Of a stretch of DNA of 64,000 nt, positions 50,430-63,173 are shown in pieces. The position numbers were made by a program, and so were the translations under genes. Source of the DNA: Lama glama (lineage: Eukaryota); assembly GCA_028534125.1 (NCBI GenBank), contig CM052817.1, forward strand, positions 98,086,001-98,150,000, given 5' to 3'. The number at the start of each line of letters is the position of its first letter. Position 1 is the stretch's first letter. Under the pieces are notes generated by a model, which saw nothing but the letters and a program-made list of their open reading frames with translations, ran no database searches and was not told the DNA's origin.

Positions 50430-51110
50430 CCCACGTTGACCTTCCTCCTTTAAAAATATGCTCCTCTATCTTTCTCTTTCTCTTACCTATTTCTGTATTA
50501 TTCCTTGAGTTCTATAAATATGGTCAAATCTCTTATACCTTAAACCAAACCAAAACAAAACAAAAGCCCCCTCCAACTTACCTTCCTTTTTGGCTACTAC
50601 GCTAGTGCGCCCATCCTGTCTTAGTGAGGTCTTGGGAAGAAGAGCCTGCGTGTGCTCGCTCCACTCTCTTATGTTGCCCTCGTGCTCAAGACTGACCACT
50701 ACAATTTCACCATAGGCAGTTTGGGGGAGGGTCGCCAGTACTCTCATTTCTCAGTCTAGTAGAAACTACCCGTATTTAACAGACACCACTTGTTTTTGAA
50801 TTTCTGAATATAGGAGTTTGTTCTACATTTTTTCCTTCTCAGGTTTGTGGGATATTTCCCATCCCTGGTTTTCTTCCTTTATTTCAGCCTTTCGTTCTTA
50901 GCCTTGAAGCGTCTTCTCTCCCTCCCTCGGCTACCTGCAGAGTAATACCCTTTCCATCCCCAACCAGGACTTTTCCCGGGCCTTTCTCTCTCCTCATTTC
51001 AGATATTATGATATTCCTTCCGTAGTTGGCTTGAACTATCCCAAATCGACATTACATAGGCATTTCCAAGTCAACATGTTTAAAATCAGATGAACCCCTT
51101 CCCCCAAACA
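50430..51110 (+). mobile_element. Old L2 internal fragment
   Basis: Pyrimidine-rich L2-like phrases ('ggtcaaatctcttataccttaaa', 'gtatttaacagac', 'tttccccatccctggttttct', 'aggcatttccaagtcaacatgtttaaaatc'). Confidence 0.55.
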
Positions 51111-52347
51111 CGGACCTATTAAGAGGAAGAATACTTCGAATAAGTTAAGAGAAAAGGTCTTTTGTGTATGCCGTACTTAAAAAGCAGCATAGCCAAATAA
51201 TTTTGAAAAAAAAAATTGGGAGGAATTTACAAATGAAGGGGCTAAAAATGGCTACATTCAGAAATTTGAGTGTACCTAAGCTGACACTGAGAGAAATTGC
51301 ATCCCTGTCCGCTGATGGAACAGTGCTTAAAACTTCTGTTCCCAGGAACACTGGATGGATGGATCTTCAGTCTGACTTAAAAAGATGGATATTCCTGGAC
51401 TCACAAAAATGTGAAGAAAGACATTTTATATAGTATGGAGCAGTGAATTTTCAACTCAGAATCCTGGGGATGATACCATTTTGAGGGACTATATAAAAGA
51501 ATCGTGTAGCTGGGATAGAAGTAAGAGGGAGACGCTAGAAGGTCTAGCTCTAGTTTGAAAAAAGTGCTTCAAATATTATGATTATCTATTATCGGTGAAA
51601 AACAAATGTATTTATGTAGAGATGTCAAATAACATTAAATGAAGGCTTGGATTTTGATGTTTAACAAGGTGGGCATGGATTTCAAAGACTTGAATAATAT
51701 CTATGTTTTCTAACAAGTAGACCCTTAAAAAAAAAAACTCATTGGTAAACCAATTGCTAAATAAATATGGGATTTTTGAAAACAGTGTTAATCCCAAAGA
51801 ATTTGAGATTAAAAACAGTTTCATATAGAACTGACTTTCATAAACTCATTTGTGAAAACAGAATTCCCCAAGCAAAGGATGCTTTCCAGAGGCAAAAATT
51901 AGTCAAAGAGAGTTCCAGCCACCCCGAACATGGACCCTGAAGAATCTGTTATAATCCCCAAACTAGGATACTTGTGGTGCTGTCGTGATGTGACGTCATT
52001 TCCCAGGAAGCTCTGCAATTGGATCTAATCTTATGCTTTCATACCCTCTGTCCACAGGTTATGACACATTTTAGTTCTGATTACAGGATTATTGTAATTA
52101 AAAGTGTTATACTTATTAGCAGCTCTAATGTGACCTTAATTCAGATAACTTTTTAAACAAAAGCATTCCAACAAAATATTCTGGTGAGAAGACAAAGGAG
52201 GTTAACGTAGAGGACACAAGCAGTAGGAAAATGCAGGCATATATGGAAGTTATTTATGATGTGCTTTTTAATTGGGTCAAGAATTGGTAACAGCCAACAA
52301 TGTAACTCAGACCCCGTATGTTACAATATTATCCCAAGATGACTCAG

Positions 52348-53357
52348 AATTAAAATCTTTATGCATCAAAGGACACGATCAAGAAGGTGAAAAGACAACC
52401 CATGAAATGAGAGAAAATCTTTGCAAATCACTCATGTGACAAAAAAAAAAGAACTAATATTTGGAGTATATAAATAATTCTTACAACTCAACAATAAAAA
52501 GACAAACAACCCAATTTAAAAATGGGCAAAATATTTGAATAGACATTTCTCCAAAGAGGATGTACAAATGGCCAATAAGGACATAAAATATGCTCAACAT
52601 TTTTAGTCATTAGGGAGATTCAAATTGAAGCCACAATGAGATAGCATTTAACATGTGCTAAGATATCTACATTTCTTTTTAAAGGAAAATAGCAAGTGTT
52701 GGTGAGGATGTGGAGAAATTGGAACCCTCCCACATTGCTGGTGGGGATGTAAAATGGTGCAACTGGTGTGGAAAACAATTTGACAGTTCCCTTGAAGAGT
52801 GAAGTGTAAATTTACCATATGACCCCATAATTTCACTCCTAGATCTAAACCCAAGAGAACTAAAAACATATGTACATGCAAAAGCTTGTACACAAATATT
52901 CACAGCACTATTATTCATAGTAGCCAAAATGTGGAAACAATCCAAATGTCCATCAAATGATACATGGATAAACAAAATGTGTTATAGCCACAGGGTGGAA
53001 TATGATTCACCCATAAAAGGAACAAAGCATTGATACATGCTCCAATACGGATGAATCTTGAAAACATTATGCTAAGGGAAAGAAGCCAGTCACAAAAGGC
53101 CACATATGGTATGATTCCATTTATATGAACTGTCCAGAATAGGCAAATCCATAGAGACACAGATGAGATTAGTGACTGCCAAGGGATAATGGGGAGTGGG
53201 ATATATGTGGTTTCTTTGGGGGATGATGAAAATATTCTGGAATTGGATAGTGATGATGCTTGTACAATATTGTGAATGTACTGAGAATCACTGAATCGTA
53301 TGCTTTAAAAGGGTTAGATTGGTGAATTTATGTTCTGTGAGCTTTGTATCTATAAGA
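52348..53357 (+). mobile_element. L1MB-type 3' kilobase
   Basis: 'ggtgaaaagacaaccca...atctttgcaaatca...gaatagacatttctccaaagagga...agtgttggtgaggatgtggagaaattggaaccctc...agaagccagtcacaaaaggccacatat'. Confidence 0.93.
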
Positions 53358-53734
53358 TTTTTTTTAAGTAATTAGAATCTTGTCTTGATTCAGCTTTAGA
53401 AGGCACAAATGAGCATACATCTAAATAGTCATTTCTTTGTGATTAGTCCTCTGATATTTCTAGTTGGGCCTCTGGTAAAACGATTCATCAAAAGAAGTCA
53501 TTGTTGATGAAACATAATGTACATAAGTACCCTTTTCTAGACAAGCATTCCATCAGGAAACTAGACACAGTAAAGATATTAGAAGTAGAGAAGGAATTGA
53601 TGCAAGGAGTTTCATGTGTTAAAAATAATTGAGCATTGAAAAGTTGAGTGAAAACACAGGAAAACCAATACTCTCTCTCTAGAATACCACCGATTTCCAC
53701 TGAATCAGGAAGTTACTCTGGACACCCCGGTTGG

Positions 53735-53975
53735 GAACTGTGGCAAACTTCTACCAAATGCCCCAGTTGTCTGAAGTACTCAGACCAGTGATGCCTGAGG
53801 GCTGCTGCAAAATCTCCTGCTTCCCAAGGGCCCATGCTTCTGCCCAGCCTTGTGCAGCAACTCTCTTTGGCAGAATGTAAATTGCAACTAGAATCTTGGA
53901 GGTAAGAGGATCTGGGAGCTGTAGTTGATAACTTTCAGGTCTGGTAAAGAGGGGAAAGCATAGAAAGGAGTAGAG
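53735..53975 (-). mobile_element. Possible old ERVL LTR remnant (LTR16/LTR33-like)
   Basis: 'tgcaactagaatcttggaggtaagaggatctgggagctgtagt' motif typical of old ERVL LTRs. Confidence 0.45.
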
Positions 53976-55451
53976 TTCTATTGTAATTGCCAAAAGATAT
54001 ATCTAGTACATTTTCCAAGAATTAACTGTAGATAAAATATTTAAATCCTCACAAAGATTGTCAGATGCTAACCCCAATGTGCATGGATGCTAATTCTCAT
54101 AAGAACTATGGAAATTAATATAATTATTTAGGTTTATTTGGGACAGGTTTTTCCTTTCACCCAGTTCTCATTCTTTCACAGGAAATTCCACTTTCTCCAA
54201 AACAATGGACCACCAAGTCACCTGGCAGGTAGGTCTTTCTAGAAGACAAAAGTTGAAATGAAATCTATATGTCCTTGGTTAATTTCAAGCTTACTATGCA
54301 AAGTTTTTGTCTTGTTTTATTTTGTTTTTGTTTGTTTGTCTTGATGATGATTGTTCTCAGTCTAAATTTCTGGGACAACCTAACTAACCTGGATTATGTT
54401 GAAACCTGATATCTGAAAGTAAAACAAATGTGTGTGGAAGAGATAGGGTTTGAATCACTATTCAGAAGTAGTAATTTTTAGTTGAATTCCCAAAGATGAA
54501 TTTAGGTTTGGGAAGATTGACTGTCAGTTTTGCTAAAGAGTTTATATTTGCATGATTTTCTTGAAGTATATTTTACATGAAGTCAATTTACAATATATGA
54601 AATTAAAAACTAACAAAATCATCTCTTTGCAACAGATATTGGAAGGCAGGATCATTTCATTCATAGATTTTAGACAAAATGGGGCATGATCTTTTTAAGT
54701 TACAAACTGTAAAGCTAGTATAATTTCTGCATGGGTACTTTTGACATTATAACCTAATTATATTTATACTAGACCCCTTATGTTTGGAATAGAATGTTTC
54801 CAGATTAATTTTGGACAAATTTTTGAAAGACGAGTAGGTTGCAGTTTACTTAGACCATAAATAATAGAATCAAGAGAACGTAATCTGCTTTGAACTACAG
54901 ATCTCTAAATCAGCATGAGTGCTAGCTAATACTTAGAATTTTATTGAAGTCTCTTTGAAGAATCTAGGATAATATTTTGGCCTTTTTCCTCTGCAGAATG
55001 ATCTCATCATTGGCTCGTGAAGTAGGTGAAATAACGCTAATAATTTATGGAAGCTATTTTAATACAAATTTATTTGAGTTGGAAAACATTGCAGGTAGGT
55101 ATATTTCTTGTCTCTAAATATGTAAGAGAAACCTTATGACATAGCAGTAGTAGTAATAATGTAATATTTGCTTTTATTTTATACCCTCTTGATTTCCAAC
55201 CTAAGACTAAAATTTTCAAAAGCAAAAAGTAAAAGAACAATTTTTTAAAAGGTAAAATGAGAGAGATACCTCAGAATGGATTATAAATTAATTAGGGCAC
55301 TTCACAAGTAATTATCCACCTCTAAAATAAAATAAAAATTTGAAAATATTAGTGTCAAATTTCAAAACAGAAAGAGCTATTTATTTATATAATCAAAGAA
55401 TGTCAGATGACTATCATAGGGGCTAAGATCTTAAATATTTGTTCATTGTAT

Positions 55452-55537
55452 TGTTACGGAAACGACAGGCCAGTCAAGAAACAAGCACCACTCGGAGGGT
55501 TGGAGTACTCAGATGTATTACGCCGGCGGGCTCAGAG
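55452..55537 (-). mobile_element. Young ERV LTR end (R/U5), truncated by the assembly gap
   Basis: Begins TGTTACGG and is CpG-rich (cgccggcgggc). Reverse complement '...gtaatacatctgagtactccaaccctccgagtggtgcttgtttcttgactggcctgtcgtttccgtaACA'. Confidence 0.8.
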
Positions 55538-56037
55538 NNNNNNNNNNNNNNNNNNNNNNNNNNNNNNNNNNNNNNNNNNNNNNNNNNNNNNNNNNNNNNN
55601 NNNNNNNNNNNNNNNNNNNNNNNNNNNNNNNNNNNNNNNNNNNNNNNNNNNNNNNNNNNNNNNNNNNNNNNNNNNNNNNNNNNNNNNNNNNNNNNNNNNN
55701 NNNNNNNNNNNNNNNNNNNNNNNNNNNNNNNNNNNNNNNNNNNNNNNNNNNNNNNNNNNNNNNNNNNNNNNNNNNNNNNNNNNNNNNNNNNNNNNNNNNN
55801 NNNNNNNNNNNNNNNNNNNNNNNNNNNNNNNNNNNNNNNNNNNNNNNNNNNNNNNNNNNNNNNNNNNNNNNNNNNNNNNNNNNNNNNNNNNNNNNNNNNN
55901 NNNNNNNNNNNNNNNNNNNNNNNNNNNNNNNNNNNNNNNNNNNNNNNNNNNNNNNNNNNNNNNNNNNNNNNNNNNNNNNNNNNNNNNNNNNNNNNNNNNN
56001 NNNNNNNNNNNNNNNNNNNNNNNNNNNNNNNNNNNNN
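55538..56037. other. Assembly gap (exactly 500 N)
   Basis: Run of N; the round size suggests a placeholder. Confidence 0.99.
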
Positions 56038-56526
56038 TATGTTTCATCTCTTTGGAGTAAGTACCTAGAATATAATTGTTGAGTCATAGGGCAGGTGGAT
56101 GTGTATAAGATGTTGCCAAATTGTTTTCCAAAGGATTATATTATTTTTCACTCCCACCAGCAACATGTGATCATGCCAATCTCTCTATATCTTGCCAACA
56201 CTTATTATTGCCAGTCTTTTTAATAGACTCTGGAGTAACGCTGCCAGAATTTGAATCCTGGCATTGACACTTTGTGTATGACCTTGAATGAGCTATTTTC
56301 TGTCCCTCAGTCTTCTTATTTGTAAATTGAGAAAAATATTTGTACCTGACCCATAGGGTTGTTTTAATGACTGAGTTTATGTATGGAACATCCTAAAAAT
56401 TGTGCTTGACATCTAATATCATATAAATTTAAATTTTTATTTATAATTTTGCATTCATATGCATGATGAAGATTGCTCTATAATTTTCCTTTCTTGTACT
56501 CACCTTTTAAGAACTTTGTTGACTTA

Positions 56527-56686
56527 CAGGGAAATATATACAAGATCTTATGGTAGCTCACAGAGAAAAAAATGTGACAATGAATATATATATGTTCATG
56601 TATAACTGAAAAATTGTGCTCTACACTGGAATTTGACACAACATTGTAAAATGATTATAAATCAATAAAAAATGTTAAAAAAAAAA
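56527..56686 (+). mobile_element. Young camelid-type L1 3' end
   Basis: 'cagggaaatatatacaagatcttatggtagctcacag...ctacactggaatttgacacaacattgtaaaatgattataaatcaataaaaaatgtt' plus A-tail. 18-bp TSD with 3 mismatches. Confidence 0.92.
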
Positions 56687-58187
56687 GAGCATTGCTGACT
56701 TAATATATTAGCACTAGTGTATGTTCTTAGTTTTTCTATTCTCTGGTAAATTTTATAGAATATTAGAGCTATCTAAAACTTAAATATTTGGTAAAATTAA
56801 GTCATAAAGCTGTGTGAGACTGATGTTTTCTTTGGGGAAGATTTTTAACTCCTGATTCTATTTCTTTAATATTGTGTGAAAATTCTAATTTTCTATTTCT
56901 TTTGGTGTAAGATTGGTAAATTATTTTCTCCCATAAGTTTATCAATTTTATTTATTCATATGCATTGGCTAGTTTTTCCAATGGTCCTTTAAATTTTTGT
57001 TGCATCTATAAGTATGAACTCAATTACTTTCTAATATTATTTCTGTTTCCTTTTTTAAAAATAATTAGTTTTGCCATCATTTTGTCTGTTGTTATGTTTT
57101 CAAAGGCTCAGCTCTTAACTTTGCTGATCTGCCACATTGGGTATTTATTTTCCTTGTCACTTATTTATACTTTTATCACTTGCTTTTTTTCTATTCTGGA
57201 CAGGGTCATTATTCTCTTAACTTCATAATTTGGATGATTTATTCTTTAATTCTCAGTCTTTCTTTTAAAAATGTCAACACTTAAGTCTAAGTTCACATTC
57301 CCTCTATGCACACTACTAGCTGCATGCCAAAAGTTTTGATATGAATTGTTTTCATTAAAACTTAGTTCTAAATACTTACCAACTTTCATTATTATTTATT
57401 CCTTAATATGTACTATAGCCACATGTGTTTTTCTAGACTCCAATATAGGCATCTTTTCTGGTCATCTTTGTGTTATTGAATGTTATCATATGATTTTTTT
57501 GAGAAAATAGTATTACTTATCTCTTTACTCTGATAATATGGTGAATTTCATTGCTGGCTGTCACATTCTGGTATATTTATTGAGACTGATTTATTACCTA
57601 GGTTATGGCCAAGTTTCCTAAATATAACATAATGTGTTTGGGAAAAAAAGTGCATTATTTATTTGCTGAGTACCATATTTTATATGTTCATTGGTTGAGT
57701 TTGCTAGTCAAACTCTTCAAAGTCATGTTTTTACTTATTGTTCTTGTCTGTTTGATCTATCAATTATGGAACATTAACTCTTTTATTCACCTGTGATCAA
57801 TTATAATTTGGATTTGGTGATAAAACAATTACTATGGATGTTGATATCCTTGTCAAATTCAGCTTATTTGTGAATTTTTGGCATATTTTGAGACTATATC
57901 ACTAGTTTCACACAATTATATCTCTCTGGCATTGAACCCATCATCAATATATATATTCTTTTTGTCATTGGTAAAATTTTTATATTTATTTCTTTTTTCT
58001 GTTATTTATATAACTACATCATGTTTTTTGGTTAGTATTTGTCTCTTGTAACTTTATATTTTGTCTTCAACAATTGTATATTTTTATATTTTAAGAGCAC
58101 TTAACTCAGCTGAAACAACATCTAATCTGACAATCTTCATCCTTAAAAATGAAGAGTTTAGTCCATTTATGTTATTATCACTTTTTT

Positions 58188-58258
58188 AACATTTTTTATT
58201 GATTTATAATCATTTTACAATGTTGTGTCAAATTCCAGTGTTCAGCACAATTTTTCTG
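58188..58258 (-). mobile_element. Very short young L1 3' end (~70 bp)
   Basis: Near-exact reverse complement of 56608-56680. Flanked by TTATCACTTTTTT at 58175-58187 and 58259-58271. Confidence 0.9.
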
Positions 58259-58406
58259 TTATCACTTTTTTAATTTAAGTTTAGTTCTACCCTTTTATTT
58301 TGTGCTCTTCATTTTGTCTTTCCATAACTGAGGAAGATTCTCTTTGAATTATATCATTTTCCTATTCTTTCTATTGTCTCTTTGTAGACAATGAATACAT
58401 CTTTTT

Positions 58407-58670
58407 TTAATTTCGTTTTTTAACTGAAGTATGGTTGATTTATAATCCTGTGTTAGTTTTCATTTTGTCTTTCCTTTTGCTAGTGTCATGCATTATATTG
58501 ACTGATTTGTGTATATTGAACCCTCTTGGGGACCCTGGAATGAATCTAACGTTGTTATGTTGTGAGGCCCTTTTTATGTGTTGTTGGATTCAGTTTGCTG
58601 TTGCTTTGTTGAGGATTTCTGCATCTATATTCATCAGAGATGTTGGCCTATAATTTTCTTTTTTGGTGTA
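58407..58670 (-). mobile_element. Internally deleted L1 (RT N-terminal piece fused to the extreme 3' end)
   Basis: Minus translation TKKENYRPTSLMNIDAEILNKATAN*IQQHIKR...FIPG...FNIHKS joined to the last ~50 nt of L1. TSD AGAC(A/G)ATGAATACAT at 58386 and 58671. Confidence 0.85.
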
Positions 58671-61079
58671 AGACGATGAATACATATTTTTATGCTACCT
58701 CTTAAATAATTTCTTTTAACTTCTCATCCAACTCTTTAATTCCCTCTGTAATTGAGCTGAATATGTAACTTAACTTACCTATTAAGTTTAAAATTGTGAT
58801 TTTTTTTTATGCATAGGAGCTCTTTCTGATTACTTTTTTTCAAATTCCCTTGGTAAGTTTCATATGCTGTTTTTCTTTGTTCATATACTTAATCTTCTCT
58901 TTTATTCATTCAAATCTATTAATGATATTTAATTTTTACTCTGTCTTACAGTTTAAATATCATGGATTTGATGTTACCTCCTGTTGCTTTTGCTGACCCT
59001 TATATGGAGTCATGTTTCTTTTTTTTTATGGATTTTAACTCTAAACTTTTGTTCCTTGGAATATTTTGTATATAGAATTCTTTGAGGTCTGGTCTGAGGT
59101 GCACTCTCTAGAGGGGAATTGACTGTGACTAATCTGAATTCACTTTACATGAGTTGATGTGAATTTGTGCTACAGCCTTACATGATGGGAGAATTGTGTT
59201 GGGACATGTCACGGGAGAATTTTTCATATTCTTCCAGTAACATGATCAAGAGAGGCAAGATCCCTTCCTAGGAGTTTCTGCTGAACAACCTGACCCTGTC
59301 CATATAAACTTTGGGGCCCAGCTTTCTGTAGGGGAGCTATATTAGACTCCATATTTGTGTCTGGCTGTACGCTGTATGTTGAGTCTTCACACATGCTGTA
59401 GCCATCAAATCTAAAACTCAAGGTCACTAGGGTTTGGCAGATATCATCAGAGTGGCTTAGGCACTGGCTTACCTCCCAGAGTTCCGGCTTTCATTTCATT
59501 TTTTGGCCTCTGCTGATTCTAACCCTTTTTTTTTTTTTTTTTGCCACCTCAGTTGTATACTAAATTTGATCGTAAGTTATTTTTTTTTAATTTTGCTCAT
59601 CTTCTGCAGTATGGCTTTTCAGAGTATCCAGTCTACCATTTTGGTAGAAATAGAAAACAGTTGTATTTTTTAATATTTATGGAATCTTTCTCTTTTCTCT
59701 GTCCCACCTTCAGCACCCTAAGTTTCGTTTTTAACTGGGTTCTCACCTGGATCCTAGTTTCACTCTCCTCCACACTGGGGCTGCTTTTGAGCATGGCATA
59801 TAATCCATATTCCTTGGAGGAAACAGAGAAGGAATGGACCTTAAGATATGACTAAAACTGAAGCGTGCGCTGAAAGAATGTAGAGTCAATGAATAAATGG
59901 ATTAATCAATAGTGTATCTCGCAGGATATAAGGCCCCATAGTTATTTCATTGTTCTTTTTAGTCTAAAAGCATAAATTTCTACTTTGCATCTGATTAAAT
60001 AGAGTTCCCAAGATCATTACTTGTATTTCAAAGCACATCAAATTATTTGCTTAAGCTAAAAAGATCTTTGACAGCAAGTTTCAAGTACTTAAGAATGCAT
60101 AGGGCTTCTCTTCCATGAATAGTATGAACAGAGAGATGGATATATGCCACATTATGGAAGTCTCTCTGAATGATAATTCTACTGCAGATGGATAATGATA
60201 TATTGTCTCTCCTTGCCATTGTTGAGCATTAGATTGTTATTAACACTTTGATTCATTTTCTATTACCTACAAAGTAGAGATGGAGAGAGAAGTAGGTTCT
60301 TTTCACAATGAATTTTCAAAGCTTATTTTTATCAGTGTCTAACATACTGTGATTTTAAAAGCATGTGATCAGTTCCTTCACTCAATTAATTTAATAGTAA
60401 TTTTAAAACCTACAATCTTTAATAATAAGTAGGAGTTGAAGGAAATAATGAATCAGATAATGTACTACTTCGTTTTTCATTCTCCTGTACAATATGCAAG
60501 ACACAGTCTCACACAGACACACATCTTTATCAGTAATCCAATTGAAAGAGTTCTTGGCACTTTAAGTTCTTGGACAGAAGGGGGAAGTTTTGTTGATAAT
60601 ATATCAATACATCTAATATATTGGCAAAATTTCATTTAGCAAAAATCTTTAGATAGTGAAGAGCAAATTTCATGAAGAATATTACCATGGTTATAAACAG
60701 ATTAAGAAACACAGCTGTTAAAGTAATAGTGTTGATGTAGATGTTTCAGAGAAACAATATGCAATCAATACTTCCTTGCCAAGGGCCTGGAATGGATAGC
60801 ACACACGTAGCTACGTAGGCACTAAACTTAGGATGAAAACTATTTTCGAGATATGGAGTCTGCTAAGATTAGACGTCTGACTTCATAAAACCTGCCTCTG
60901 TAGTTCGTTGCCTTCATATCTTTGCCTCTACTCTCCTATAATTAGTGCACAGTTAAAACTGGGCCACTCTGACTCAAAATGCTGGGGTTTTGCCGACTTC
61001 ATTGTCTTCCTAATAATTGTTCCCAGTGTCACAATCATCAGATGCAGCAGAAATCTTACAGGGCTGTCTCCTTCTCACC

Positions 61080-61396
61080 CAGCACTGTCTGACAGACAAC
61101 ATGCAAGCCACATACGTAATTGAAAAATTTTCTAGGAGCGTATTTTTTAAAAAGGAGAAGAAACAGAGGAAACAAATTTTAATAATGTATTTGATTTAAT
61201 CCAACATCCAAAATATTAGCATTTAAAATATAACCAATGTTTAAATTATTAATCCAATATTTCACATTCCTTTTTCATACTAAGCCACCAAAATCCTTTG
61301 TGCATGTTACACTTCCAGCATATTTCCGTTTAACTGGGTGCATTTTGAGTATCCAATAGCTACGTGTGGCTAGTGGTGACTACCTTAGCAACACAG
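61080..61396. mobile_element. MER33-like hAT-Charlie MITE
   Basis: 'cagcactgtc...atgcaagccacatacgtaattgaaaaattttctag...ccaaaatattagcattt...caatagctacgtgtggctagtgg'. Confidence 0.85.
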
Positions 61397-61869
61397 TTCC
61401 AGACAAAATTTTTAAGAAGCACAGGAAACAGGCTCTATGAACTTGAGCTCAGCGGCCTTTACTCCATCTCCGTGATCATGGAAGGTGGAGAATACATCTC
61501 ACTTTCACTTTTAATTCCCCAAAGATGAAGCACTCATCTGTTTACTTAGTAAATAGTTGTTCTTTGCTGACTCTGTGCTTCATGATGCTCTTGGCATTGG
61601 GTTAGTGTCACAAACAGTCCCCAGTCCCACGGAGCTTGTAATATCATTGAAAGGACTCACAAACATTTACTGAATATGCATTTTGTGCTAGAAACTCCCC
61701 TCAGTGGTCTTTGTACATTGTCTCCGGCAGGTACAGTCAGATGTTCGTCTTCTCTCCAATTTACAGGTGAGAAAACCGTAGTCATTTAGTTCCCTGTCAT
61801 AATGCCGTCTTCATAACCCTAAACTTCCCCAATCTGAACTTACTAATTCTCGCCTAGAGAGTCCTAAGG

Positions 61870-62021
61870 CAGTAGTTTTCAACCCTGGCAGAACATTAGA
61901 ACCACTCGGTGAGCTTCTTAAAGTTGCCAAAGCCTGGGACCCTCCCTCAGAAATTCTAATGTAGTTGGCTTGGGTTTCTTAAAAAAAAATGACCCAAGTG
62001 ATTCTAATATGCTGCCAAGAT
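61870..62021. mobile_element. MER5-like hAT-Charlie MITE
   Basis: 'cagtagttttcaaccctggcagaacattagaaccac...gcctgggaccc...aaattctaat...ccaagtgattctaatatgctgccaag'. Confidence 0.8.
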
Positions 62022-62409
62022 TGTTTAGGGGAAATTCAAGGAGGTTTAATCCCATGGTCATGGGAAACGCCTGCAAGTAGTCCCTTCCTAACCTTTGCTC
62101 ATCACAGAAGAATTAAGTGTTGGCTTTGTCACTGATACCAAGTCTCAAAACTTTAACCGAAGTTCTTTTTTACCATCTTCTGCTCACCTCAAGACCACAA
62201 ATCACTTAGCTCTTGCTAAACTTTCTGCTGAGCCTAGAGTCCTTCTCGAAACCCCTACCCTAAGGCTGAACTAAGTTTGCGTTTCAGACAATATCTGAGA
62301 GTCGCTGATGTTGTTTGTCCAGGAGCCAAACTTTGACAACTACTGCTCTATGGAATGCTGGACTGGATTCTTCAAATCGCTTGTAACTGAATCTGCTTCT
62401 TTCTGCACA
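62022..62409 (+). mobile_element. Possible old ERV1-type LTR
   Basis: TGT...ACA-bounded block that interrupts the MER5 end and has LTR-like composition. No TSD is recognisable. Confidence 0.35.
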
Positions 62410-62639
62410 TGACGTGCTAATTGCCCCCACTCTAGTGAATAGGCCCACTGATTTCCAGCATCTGCTGGTCTACCTTGTCTTACGTACTTTGTATTTCTAT
62501 ATCTAGCTCTAGGACAAGATAGCCGTACACCTTTGCAAACAGAATGCAGTCTCAGCGTTTCAGTAGCTGGATCAACGATGCTGTTGTAGATTTCCACTTG
62601 TCAATGAGCACTGTATGCAAAGCATGTCCAAACAAAAAT

Positions 62640-62935
62640 GCAAAACTACACGAGAAGGAGACTTCCCCCCTTTGTCTGTTGCCCTTTGTCTAGCCTCCTT
62701 CTTCCTACTGGAACGAACACATGATGCCTTCTAAGTTCAATAACCACCTTGCGACCAAAAAGATATAAGGAAGTTAGAAGGAGCCCAGGTTTTGACAGGA
62801 TCTTGGAACAATCAAACCAGCCCTGAAATGCCTACCACTGAACTTCCTGTTACATGAGATGGATAATCTCCAATTTTATTCATCTCATTGTTCATCAAGT
62901 TTTTATAACAGCCAAATTCAGTCCAACTTGATACG
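62640..62935 (+). mobile_element. Old MaLR LTR remnant (MLT1J/K-like)
   Basis: 'accaccttgcgacca...agaaggagcccaggttttga...accagccctgaaatgcctacc...acttcctgttacatgaga...acagccaaa...aacttgatac'. Confidence 0.6.
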
Positions 62936-63173
62936 TATGCTGAATTCTTAAATTACCCTTTGAGCTATTAAACCGCTTCTTTGAACATCAACTTGTCAAT
63001 AATGACTTAGGGCTCTTGCTTGATGATATTACCAACTATCTCTGCTCACCAGGCTACAGGGATATTTACATGTAGAAGCTGAGGGAAAATATTTTCCCCT
63101 ACTCTCCATTGTCCCAACTATCAACATCTGCCACTTGAAGAAGCAGTCCTGGAAGCTCGGCAATCCTGGGAGT

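Larger units (their letters stand above)
56041..59650 (-). mobile_element. Old degraded L1M-type sequence hosting a MIR (~56225-56420, +) and three younger L1 insertions
   Basis: T-rich antisense L1 phrases ('ttgccaaattgttttccaaagg...actcccaccagcaac', 'ttggtaaaatt...aaagctgtgtgagactg', 'tttagtccatttatg'). May be several pieces. Confidence 0.6.

Noticed and set aside
55407..56087. ORFs of 171-217 aa
   Set aside because: Artefacts of translating through the 500-N gap.
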